Shown here: one piece after another, positions 1 through 7,106 of the stretch
How the letters are laid out: each line of letters opens with the position of its first letter
How positions within the stretch are numbered: the first letter of the stretch is position 1
Assembly: GCA_039794085.1 (NCBI GenBank)
Contig: JBDIWC010000045.1
Coordinates: 1 to 30,194 of the forward strand
Direction of reading: 5' to 3'
Length of the DNA: 30,194 nt
Source of the DNA: Gemmatimonadales bacterium
GTDB taxonomy: Bacteria; Gemmatimonadota; Gemmatimonadetes; Gemmatimonadales; GWC2-71-9
Notes under the pieces: model-generated
Databases searched by the model: none
Told to the model about the DNA's origin: nothing
The model's input: only the letters and a program-made list of their open reading frames with translations
Program-made: the position numbers and the translations under genes

Positions 1-33
1 TCGCCCCTGGTGGGACCCCATGCGCACCGAGGT

Positions 34-80
34 GTGCCTCTTGTGACTTCTGTGCTTTTTGTGGCCATTCCCCTTGCCCG
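34..80. repeat. Dispersed repeat module A (GTGCCTCTTGTGACTTCTGTGCTTTTTGTGGCCATTCCCCT)
   Basis: 34-74 is identical over 41 bp to 30140-30180, and after one mismatch both continue with GCCCG. Confidence 0.9.
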
Positions 81-135
81 GCGCGGCCGATGCGATCGCC
101 GTGACCCGAACGGTCGGCGGGGGGGGGGGTTGGGA

Positions 136-188
136 GTCGCCCACAATATTGTTGCCGTTTTGTGTTCAATCTGGTCCGTAAGGGACTA
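136..188. repeat. Direct repeat module B, copy 1
   Basis: 53 bp GTCGCCCACAATATTG...AAGGGACTA matches 489-541 with 4 mismatches. Confidence 0.9.
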
Positions 189-202
189 TTTCCTACTCCC
201 TA

Positions 203-236
203 TTCCCTAAGCCGGCACAGCCGGAACCAAAGAGGC
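203..236. repeat. Dispersed repeat module C (TTCCCTAAGCCGGCASAGCCGGAACCAAAGAGGC)
   Basis: 34 bp matches 29782-29815 with 1 mismatch; both copies are preceded by CCTACTCCC-type pyrimidine repeats. Confidence 0.9.
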
Positions 237-488
237 GCCTCGGGATCGCGTGGGTTCCCCGGGGCTTTCGCCCCGGGCTCGGCGGCGAGAGGCCGTTCAC
301 ACGGCCGGGTGGTCGTCCGGGCTCCTCGGTGGCGTGAGCCACCTCCCCTGGCCGAGCAAGGGGCGTCAGCCCCGGGAAACACCAAATCGCCGGGTCACGG
401 CGCTCCGCGACGCGAATACTCGAGATCCCTCAAAGTTTGATGCCTTCCCAATCGCCGTCAAACACGCTGCCCGTAAGGGTTTCCGGGC

Positions 489-541
489 GTCGCCCACAAT
501 ATTGCTGCTTTTTTGTGTTCAATCTGGTCCGCAAGGGACTA
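489..541. repeat. Direct repeat module B, copy 2
   Basis: Matches 136-188 and lies directly after the stop codon of the RCC1-repeat gene. Confidence 0.9.
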
Positions 542-545
542 CTCC

Positions 546-2081
546 CTATTTCTGCTGGCTCACCCGCGTCGGCACCAGGCGTCCGGTCGTGGTGCTGTCT
601 CCCACCTGGGCAAACTGGTTGTCACCCCAGCAGTAGGCGATGCCGTCGGTGCCCATGCCGCAGGTATGGGTGGCACCGGCACTGACCATCGTGAACCCGC
701 TGACGGGTCCGGCCACCAGTGTCGGAGCCGAGGCGGACCCGGTATTCCCCGATCCGAGTTGCCCGGAACCATTGGCGCCCCAGCAGAAGAGGGCGTTGGT
801 CGTGGAAACGGCGCAGGTGTGGTCGAGACCCGATGAAATCTGACGGAAGGCGACTCCCCCCGACACCGGAACCGGGACCGGGCTGGCGGCGGTGGACCCA
901 TTGCCGAGCTGCCCGGAGGCGTTTCCGCCCCAGCAGAAGGCGGCTCCGGCCGGGGTGAGGGCGCAGGAATGGCTCCCTCCGCTCGAGACGCTGTCGAACA
1001 CGAGGCCACCGATGACCTGCACCGGGGACATGGCGCGCGTGGCGGTCCCGTCACCCAGCTGGCCGCTCTGGTTGTCGCCCCAGCACCAGGGCACGCCGGC
1101 GGGCGTGAGGCCGCAGGTGTGGAGCCGGCCCGAGGAGACGGTCCGGAAGGGGATGGTGTCCTCGGCCACCACGCCGGGGATCAGGAGGGAATCCCCCGCC
1201 ACCATTCCGATACCGAGAGCGCCGTCCTGGGTGAAACCCCAGCAACGCGCCCGGTTGGCCAACGTGACGCCACAGGTGTGGAGCCGGCCCGGGCTGATCG
1301 AGGAGAAGGTCTGGGAGGTCACGACCTGGACCGGAGCGTTCTTGGGAGCGACCGTTCCGTCCCCGAGGCGTCCATCCACGTTGGTGCCCCAGCAGTGGGC
1401 CAGTCCGGAAAGGGTCAGGGCGCAGGTGTGGAATCGCGACCCGATGGCCTGCCGGAAGGTGAGGTCACCCACCGCCATTACCGGCTGGGGGAAGGCGAAG
1501 AGAGGACCGCTTCCGAGGGGAGGCACTCCGATCCCCAGTTGTCCGTCCCCATTGAAGCCCCAGCAATAGTTCACATTGTCGGTGGTCAGTCCGCAGGTAT
1601 GGCGGTCTCCGGCGGAGATGGTCTGAAAGGAGACCATCGCCGGGGGAGGCGGGGGTTGCCCCGGACCACCGGTGGAGGTCGTATCTCCTTGGGCGAACAC
1701 CGAGAAGGAAACCGGCTGGACCCCGGTGATGATCGCATTGACCACCTGGGTGCCGCTGTCGGCCCCGAGCCGCAGGAGAGTGGATGCCCGTCCATCGGCT
1801 CCCGTCTGGGACTGCGACGGGGTGACGGTTCCTCCTCCGGAAACAACCTGCCAGGAGACAGTGAGCCCGGGGAGGGGGACACCGAACTGGTCGGTGGCCT
1901 GGACGACGAAAGGCTGGGTCAGAAGAGCCCCGACCACGCCCTGCTGTCCGGATCCGGTCACCGACGCGAGGGTGATGATCCGGGGACCGGACGAGGTCGG
2001 GTCACCGTCGCAACCTGCCATGACTATGGCAGCAAGCGCCGCAGTGAGAACCGGGAGAAACCGTGCTGTCCGTCGAGGCAT
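546..2081 (-). CDS. Lipoprotein with Big-1/Ig-like domain and RCC1/BLIP-II (ATS1-like) beta-propeller repeats
   Basis: Signal peptide with lipobox (MPRRTARFL...VMAGC); Ig-like segment (GQQG..G..L..PFVVQATDQFG.P..G..VSW...GGG); about 7 repeats of 'ISxGxxHTCxLT..G..CWGxNxxGQLG'. Start at 2081 chosen for the GAGGAAGG RBS and the lipobox. Confidence 0.9.
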   Translation of the reverse strand: MPRRTARFLPVLTAALAAIVMAGCDGDPTSSGPRIITLASVTGSGQQGVVGALLTQPFVVQATDQFGVPLPGLTVSWQVVSGGGTVTPSQSQTGADGRASTLLRLGADSGTQVVNAIITGVQPVSFSVFAQGDTTSTGGPGQPPPPPAMVSFQTISAGDRHTCGLTTDNVNYCWGFNGDGQLGIGVPPLGSGPLFAFPQPVMAVGDLTFRQAIGSRFHTCALTLSGLAHCWGTNVDGRLGDGTVAPKNAPVQVVTSQTFSSISPGRLHTCGVTLANRARCWGFTQDGALGIGMVAGDSLLIPGVVAEDTIPFRTVSSGRLHTCGLTPAGVPWCWGDNQSGQLGDGTATRAMSPVQVIGGLVFDSVSSGGSHSCALTPAGAAFCWGGNASGQLGNGSTAASPVPVPVSGGVAFRQISSGLDHTCAVSTTNALFCWGANGSGQLGSGNTGSASAPTLVAGPVSGFTMVSAGATHTCGMGTDGIAYCWGDNQFAQVGDSTTTGRLVPTRVSQQK

Positions 2082-2382
2082 ACCTTCCTCCGCGAGTGTG
2101 CATCCTCCCCCCGTCCTGCCACCCGGCCGGTCGAGGGATGTGGGAAGCCCAAGGGCTGGGCTTGAGACAGAAAACTGTTGATATGCAACAACTTGCACAA
2201 CCATGGACTGCGTCAATCCGAAGGGTTCGGGCCTGTCGGGAAGCGCCCCGCAGTATGGTCACCCTCCCCGGCGTCCGCAGGCGGCCATCCCACGCCCAGA
2301 ACCCCGGAAACGGGGTGTCGAGTTTGGGTGCGCCTCGGTCAGCCGGAGGACTCAGGGGCAAGTTCCAGACCGTTCCGCGGGG

Positions 2383-2411
2383 TTGACCGGCTGCGGAGGG
2401 GGCGATACCTT
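2383..2411 (+). promoter_or_regulatory. Sigma70-type promoter of the tRNA operon
   Basis: TTGACC-N17-TACCTT about 35 bp upstream of tRNA-His. Confidence 0.65.
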
Positions 2412-2446
2412 ACCACCCGCTTCAGGCAGCCGGCTGAGGCGACCGT

Positions 2447-2521
2447 GGTGGTTGTAGCTCAATCGGTTAGAGCGCCGGACTGTGGCTCCGGAGGTTGCGG
2501 GTTCAAGTCCCGTCAGCCACC
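2447..2521 (+). tRNA. tRNA-His(GTG)
   Basis: Cloverleaf with G-1, acceptor GTGGTTG/CAGCCAC, anticodon arm CCGGA-CTGTGGC-TCCGG, T-loop GTTCAAG. Confidence 0.95.
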
Positions 2522-2549
2522 CTCCAGGGAGAGGGAAAGGCGGCTGCAG

Positions 2550-2622
2550 AGGTCCGTAGCTCAATTGGTAGAGCACCGGTCTCCAAAACCGGGGGTTGCA
2601 GGTTCGATTCCTGCCGGGCCTG
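2550..2622 (+). tRNA. tRNA-Trp(CCA)
   Basis: Acceptor AGGTCCG/CGGGCCT, anticodon arm CCGGT-CTCCAAA-ACCGG, GTTCGATT. Confidence 0.95.
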
Positions 2623-2649
2623 TGGAACAGAGTGTGACGCGGCTGGTGT

Positions 2650-2722
2650 GGCGCTATCGTCTAGGGGACCAGGACACAGCCCTCTCAAGGCTGGAACACG
2701 GGTTCGAATCCCGTTAGCGCTA
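2650..2722 (+). tRNA. tRNA-Glu(CTC)
   Basis: Acceptor GGCGCTA/TAGCGCT, anticodon arm CAGCC-CTCTCAA-GGCTG, GTTCGAAT. Confidence 0.95.
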
Positions 2723-2735
2723 TTCGGCGGAACCC

Positions 2736-2807
2736 GGCCCCATCGTCTAACGGTCAGGACACCACTCTTTCAAGGTGGGAACAGGGGTTCGATTCCCCTT
2801 GGGGCTA
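2736..2807 (+). tRNA. tRNA-Glu(TTC)
   Basis: Acceptor GGCCCCA/TGGGGCT, anticodon arm CCACT-CTTTCAA-GGTGG, GTTCGATT. Confidence 0.95.
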
Positions 2808-2816
2808 TGACAGAAC

Positions 2817-2889
2817 GCGCCGCTAGCTCAATTGGCAGAGCAAGTGACTCTTAATCACTAGGTTGTAGGTTCGATTCCTACGCGGCGCA
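2817..2889 (+). tRNA. tRNA-Lys(CTT), integration target
   Basis: Acceptor GCGCCGC/GCGGCGC, anticodon arm AGTGA-CTCTTAA-TCACT, GTTCGATT; the 3' half is duplicated at 15798-15842. Confidence 0.95.
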
Positions 2890-2891
2890 CT
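2847..2891 (+). repeat. attL core (3' half of tRNA-Lys, starting at the anticodon loop)
   Basis: ACTCTTAATCACTAGGTTGTAGGTTCGATTCCTACGCGGCGCACT, identical to 15798-15842. Confidence 0.95.
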
Positions 2892-2898
2892 CCTTACA

Positions 2899-2911
2899 AA
2901 TCAACAACTTA
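2899..2911 (+). promoter_or_regulatory. IHF-like site in the att arm
   Basis: AATCAACAACTTA matches WATCAANNNNTTR exactly; a weaker copy AATAAGGCACTTA lies at 15748-15760. Confidence 0.55.
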
Positions 2912-2919
2912 CCAAGATC

Positions 2920-2946
2920 GGCCCGCCCCTTCGGCGGGCCTTTTTT
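2920..2946 (+). terminator. Intrinsic terminator after the tRNA operon, supplied by the island
   Basis: GGCCCGCC-CCTTC-GGCGGGCC followed by TTTTTT. Confidence 0.85.
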
Positions 2947-2951
2947 GCGCC

Positions 2952-2972
2952 TATCCATAGGAATATCCATAG
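2952..2972 (+). repeat. Integrase arm-type sites (left pair)
   Basis: TATCCATAG at 2952-2960 and 2964-2972; the same pair occurs at 15661-15680. Confidence 0.75.
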
Positions 2973-3132
2973 TCCGCTTCTCCCGAGAAGATCCACATAG
3001 GTGCATCGAGGCAACCTCCTCCCCAAGACCCACGCTGAGGTCCGACGAGTGCGTTAGATGTGCTCAATCATACTTATAGAAGGGAGGAGCCATTGGTGGC
3101 TCGTCCACACCCAGATTCGAGGAGGCAGGAAC

Positions 3133-3321
3133 ATGGACATCCCAAAGCTACTGCGCGTGAAAGAGGCGTCCGAGCGGACCGGGTTGGCGGCGTGGCGCTT
3201 CTACGACCTTATCGCCCGGGGGAAAGGACCACCCCACATGCGGGTCGGGAAAACCATCCGCATCGCGGAAACGGCCCTTGTCGAGTGGATCGAGGGGCAG
3301 CACCGGAAACCGACTTCCTAG
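3133..3321 (+). CDS. Excisionase / AlpA-HTH_17 family DNA-binding protein
   Basis: 62 aa, 'LLRVKEASERTGL...FYDLIARGKGPPHMRVGKTIRIAETALVEWIE'; GGAGG RBS; next to attL. Confidence 0.85.
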   Translation: MDIPKLLRVKEASERTGLAAWRFYDLIARGKGPPHMRVGKTIRIAETALVEWIEGQHRKPTS

Positions 3322-3415
3322 GATCCTATAAGGGGGGAGGCAACCGGAGCCCCTCCTAATAGGCACCGAGGAAACACCTTTCTACTACAGCATCCCTACG
3401 GGGGAAGGAAAAAGC

Positions 3416-4072
3416 ATGCCTACCGATGAACTTCAGGCCCTTCGGCGGCGAATCGACATCGTCCTTACCGCGCTCGGCGGTAGGTCGGTCGAGGAAACCG
3501 CCCGGCAATGTCGCACTTCGCGTCCGACCGTGTCCAAATGGCTCAAACGATTCCGCGAGTGTGGGATCGCGGGCTTGTTGTCAGGCGTCCCCAGCGGACG
3601 CCCAAGCTCCATCCATCCCGCCGTCCGGCGCGAGCTTCTCCGTCTCCCGTACCACACGCGGCCTCCGCTCGCCCGGGGGGACCAGTGGACAGCGAATGCT
3701 CTGGGCCAAGTATTCGGCCTCCACCCGGCCACGGTCTCGCTGGTGTGGCAATCCGGGCGCTTCGATGCCCCCCAGCATCTCAGGCAAGTGGAAATCGGAC
3801 CGGACCGGGGGGTTCCTCTCCGCCTTGAGGCCCGGGTGCCCGCGTGGTTCAAGCTCCACCTCGAATTGTTCTGCCGCGAGCGGGACCTTTCCCTAGAGGA
3901 GCACGTCATCAACCTCATTTGCGGGCCGGATGGGTGGCGGGAGTTACGAGAGGACGTCCTGCCCTCGCTCCGTCCCCGCTGGTACCGGGTCAACGACAAC
4001 CTTCCCCGGGTCGATCCCCGGCACCCGGCGTATCGGGCGAGGCTTGGGAGGGAGGATCACCATGCGAGTTGA
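3416..4072 (+). CDS. IS630-type tandem HTH protein with RHH-like C-terminal part and no DDE domain
   Basis: 'GRSVEETARQCRTSRPTVSKWLKRFRECGIAGL...SGRP...WTANALGQVFGLHPATVSLVW' matches the IS630 N-terminal pattern; followed by 'RLEARVPAWFKLHLELFCRERDLSLEEHVINLI'. Confidence 0.7.
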   Translation: MPTDELQALRRRIDIVLTALGGRSVEETARQCRTSRPTVSKWLKRFRECGIAGLLSGVPSGRPSSIHPAVRRELLRLPYHTRPPLARGDQWTANALGQVFGLHPATVSLVWQSGRFDAPQHLRQVEIGPDRGVPLRLEARVPAWFKLHLELFCRERDLSLEEHVINLICGPDGWRELREDVLPSLRPRWYRVNDNLPRVDPRHPAYRARLGREDHHAS

Positions 4073-4964
4073 TAATCCGGGTGCCCTCATCGAGCATCTC
4101 CGACGCTTTCCCTTCCCCCGGGTCGTCCTGCGTGGAGCGTGGGAGGCGGCGGGCACGTCCGAGGACGGGGCACTGGTGGCCGTCCTGCCTCCCCTCGACA
4201 CCGCTCCCGCGCTGTCTGGGGAGGAGGTAGGTATAGAACTGAACCCCCTTCTGAGGTGCCTGCCGGGGTTGTACTCGCGCAACGAGGGGAGCAGTCATCA
4301 AGCGGTCTGGCTTCCTGTTGACGTCGATCTTGAGGAAACCCGGATGGTGTGGTCAAGCCCCGGCCATCCCGAAACGGGGATCCTGCGTTTTCGTCGGTTC
4401 CACCCGGAGTCGGTCCACGGTCGTCTTGATCCGGCCCTCTCCGCGTCCATCGTGGCACGAGCGGAAGAGACGGGCGAGCGTCTCTCGATTCCCGACGCGC
4501 TTGATTGGAAGGACGATCCGATCCCCGTCGCTGAGCCTACGACGCTCCCCGAGCATTGGCTATCAGGTGCCTACCGTACCACGACGGCCAATAGAATCCA
4601 GACGGCCAGGAGAAACGCCAAAAGGAAAAAGGAGGACAAAGAACCCGAGGAGATCGTTCAGTTAGTAGGAACCTCGGGGTACTCCGTACTGAGGGGGCCC
4701 TTGTTGGGATGGGCGGGGCGCTACGCGCCCCCGATTCCTCACGTGGGGCGCTACGCCCTCCCGATTCGCCATGTCGGCTCCCAGGAGTTTGACTTGACCT
4801 TCCCCGGAGAGCACTTCCGGCGAGTGATGGGGATTCTTCTGCGTTCTCGCGATCCTGTGGAAATGATCGTGAGTGCGGACGCTGTCCTTTTCAAGCAGAG
4901 GGGGTACGCGTATCTCATCTATGCGAAGGAAGGCCTACGGAACCCGATCTCTGGGGAAGGGTGA
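4062..4964 (+). CDS. Hypothetical protein, candidate PCNA/gp45-like DNA sliding clamp
   Basis: GGAGG RBS, and ATG overlapping the upstream ORF. The ORF itself is well supported; the clamp call rests on motif resemblance by eye only. Confidence 0.5.
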   Translation: MRVDNPGALIEHLRRFPFPRVVLRGAWEAAGTSEDGALVAVLPPLDTAPALSGEEVGIELNPLLRCLPGLYSRNEGSSHQAVWLPVDVDLEETRMVWSSPGHPETGILRFRRFHPESVHGRLDPALSASIVARAEETGERLSIPDALDWKDDPIPVAEPTTLPEHWLSGAYRTTTANRIQTARRNAKRKKEDKEPEEIVQLVGTSGYSVLRGPLLGWAGRYAPPIPHVGRYALPIRHVGSQEFDLTFPGEHFRRVMGILLRSRDPVEMIVSADAVLFKQRGYAYLIYAKEGLRNPISGEG

Positions 4965-4986
4965 GGTGAAGGGTGAGGTGAAGGGT
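4956..4986 (+). repeat. 12-bp tandem repeat GAAGGGTGAGGT x2.6 directly upstream of a promoter
   Basis: Seen directly; ends 3 bp before the -35 box. Confidence 0.85.
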
Positions 4987-4989
4987 CAC

Positions 4990-5018
4990 TTGACCTAGCG
5001 GGGTGTAACCTGTATCTT
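4990..5018 (+). promoter_or_regulatory. Sigma70-type promoter of the rep-like gene
   Basis: TTGACC-N17-TATCTT. Confidence 0.65.
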
Positions 5019-5136
5019 TCCTAAACTGAGCGCCGCGGAACAGTGCTCTGCAACTCCCAAAACCTCCGCCACCGTAATGGTGTAGCGGAGGTTTTGCGTT
5101 GGGGGGATTCCCCCGGTCCCGACAACGGAGGAGCAC

Positions 5137-6075
5137 ATGTCCCAACTGCACATCCCGACCCGCGACACTGTTTCTGAGCCTCACCCGACTCGCGGTACAG
5201 TCTCAAAGCCTCACCTGACCGAGCATTTCGTCGAGCCTACGGAACCCCAACCGAATCAGAGGTGGCGACGCGAGACGGAGTGGGCGGTCGCCTGTTCGGA
5301 CCTTCCTCCTGCGACTCGGGTTCTCCTGCGCGTCGTTCTTCTGCATCAGAGCAAATACGGGGGACCGTGCATTGCGGAGTACCGGACGCTCGCGCGGGAG
5401 GCCTCACTCTCCCAGTCTGCCTTGTGCGCCATCCTGCGCCGCTCCGCCCGCGCGGGGATTGTGGACCGGATGCCAGAGGATGGACCCCGGAATCGGCACA
5501 CGAGCGTCCTATTGAGGCCGTCCCGCGATGACCGCGCGGCGCTCGGGGCGCTCTGGGCTAGGCTGAGCGTCCTGCGGCGCCGGATGGTGGCTGGCACAGT
5601 CACCGAGCGAGAAGAGGCCCTGATGCGATGGGCCTGCCCTGAGGAGTGGGCCAGGTGCTACTGGTCTACCCGACCGGAGGCGGACGAGGCCTCTTTCGTC
5701 GCGTTGGAGACGCGGGCACGGGAGGAGGCGGGGGGCCCTGATGTGAACCGCTTTGGGTGGATCCGCGAGGTCGTGGCCGACCGGTCCCTCACCACACTGT
5801 CCAAGGGGGTCGCCCTCGCGGCGGACCTGCTGATGGCGCGGGACGGGGTGCCCCTCCGCTGGATCATGAGGAGCGATCTGGCGGCCCTGTCGGGCTACTC
5901 GCGAGACGCCGCACGTCGCGGATTGGGGGCGCTCGAAGCGGCGGGGTGGATCCGATCAGTTCACGTGGCGGGACGAGAAGGTGGCTTGCTTCTCCGGGCG
6001 TCTCTCCCTCCGGCGATTGCCGCTCGGTGGGAGCGAGAGAAGGCGGTGAATGAGTGGGAAGAGCACTGCGGCTAA
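5137..6075 (+). CDS. Tandem winged-helix (HTH_36-like) putative replication initiator
   Basis: Two copies of the pattern W...L...(R/K).....L...TLA..(A/S)(S/G)(L/Y)S......L......G(I/W)(V/I); GGAGGAG RBS; direct repeats immediately downstream. Confidence 0.65.
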   Translation: MSQLHIPTRDTVSEPHPTRGTVSKPHLTEHFVEPTEPQPNQRWRRETEWAVACSDLPPATRVLLRVVLLHQSKYGGPCIAEYRTLAREASLSQSALCAILRRSARAGIVDRMPEDGPRNRHTSVLLRPSRDDRAALGALWARLSVLRRRMVAGTVTEREEALMRWACPEEWARCYWSTRPEADEASFVALETRAREEAGGPDVNRFGWIREVVADRSLTTLSKGVALAADLLMARDGVPLRWIMRSDLAALSGYSRDAARRGLGALEAAGWIRSVHVAGREGGLLLRASLPPAIAARWEREKAVNEWEEHCG

Positions 6076-6190
6076 AGGGCTTCCTCCAGGATGCTAAAGG
6101 GCTTCCTCCAGTACTCATGGTGCGAGGGAGGAGGTTAGTGGAAACTGTGAAACGAGAGGGGTTCCGGGAGATAAAAGGGCTTCCTCCAGG
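6071..6190 (+). repeat. Iteron-like repeats AAAGGGCTTCCTCCAG x3
   Basis: GCTAAAGGGCTTCCTCCAG at 6071-6089 and 6093-6111 (22-bp period); third copy at 6174-6190. Confidence 0.85.
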
Positions 6191-6328
6191 AATGGGAGAG
6201 GAGGACCTCTCTAGAGTACAGAAGAAAAGCTCTTCTCTAGAATGAGGTAACTGAGAATGAGGCCGGGAGGAGCCCCGGCCTAGGGATCAAGGAAAGGCTA
6301 GGGAAAAACTGGGGGAAGGAAGTACCTG

Positions 6329-6386
6329 AGAGAGACTCCCGGTAGAGGGGAACACGCAGAGAGACTCCCGGTAGAGGGGAACACGC
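6329..6386 (+). repeat. Perfect 29-bp tandem duplication
   Basis: AGAGAGACTCCCGGTAGAGGGGAACACGC x2. Confidence 0.9.
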
Positions 6387-6413
6387 CCGAGCGTCTTAGA
6401 AAGGAGAGATCAG

Positions 6414-6992
6414 ATGTCATATCCGAGGACGCCTACTCCACTGCCTGATGTCCGGTGGGTACGGTGGCGACGGTGGGATCCGATCACGGGAGACATGCGT
6501 CCGGGAGGCAAGTGGCACGTGGTCGAGAGGGGAACACGGTCGGTGTGCGAGAGGATCCCGGTGCCTGGGGCGGCATGGAAGGTCGCCGTGGAAGAGACGA
6601 AGAAGGCCCCCCGAGACCGGGATTTGTGTAAGGCGTGTCGGGAGCTCAGGGCCGGGGAGGAGGCGCGACGGGCGACCAGACGGGCGTGGGTGGCGGAGTT
6701 CGTGAGCGCAATGGAGGCACAGGTCCAGTACTCCGTCTGTGAGTGCGTGACGCTCTGGCTTCGGTCGGAGGAGGCGACCCCGTGGCGGCAGATGGTGGAG
6801 GGGGTCACCGAACGTCTCCATCAGGCCCTGTTCCTCTATGAGACGGGTGGGGAGCGGAGGGAACGCGATGCCTTGGAGGGACTCCGCGTGGGGGTCCTCG
6901 TGGCGTGGTGGGGGGCGGGATTGGGCTTTCGGGTGGCTGTGGGGGATTGCGGCTGTACGCCGGAAGGGAGTCAACAGCGGGAAGGCACCTAG
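6414..6992 (+). CDS. Hypothetical protein with N-terminal H-C-CxxC zinc-finger-like motif
   Basis: AAGGAG RBS; WVRW...GKWH-x9-C-x26-CKAC. Confidence 0.7.
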   Translation: MSYPRTPTPLPDVRWVRWRRWDPITGDMRPGGKWHVVERGTRSVCERIPVPGAAWKVAVEETKKAPRDRDLCKACRELRAGEEARRATRRAWVAEFVSAMEAQVQYSVCECVTLWLRSEEATPWRQMVEGVTERLHQALFLYETGGERRERDALEGLRVGVLVAWWGAGLGFRVAVGDCGCTPEGSQQREGT

Positions 6993-7106
6993 ACCCGCCG
7001 GAGAGCGGCGGAGAGGAACTAATGGGAGCGGGGCAGGGAAAGAGGGGTTTGACGGGTAGCGAGGGCTGAGGAGGCGAATCTCGGCCCAAGGAAGGAGGGA
7101 GCGCAA

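Noticed and set aside
136..541. Possible CRISPR array from repeats B and C
   Set aside because: Only two 53-bp copies 353 bp apart, no regular repeat-spacer period and no cas genes.
546..1640. Periodic CCCCAGCA repeats as a DNA repeat array
   Set aside because: Explained by the CWG codons of the RCC1 protein repeats.
2178..2854. ORFs overlapping the tRNA cluster
   Set aside because: Shadow ORFs across five clear tRNA genes.
3416..4072. Active IS630 transposon
   Set aside because: No DDE catalytic domain, terminal inverted repeats or TA duplication seen.
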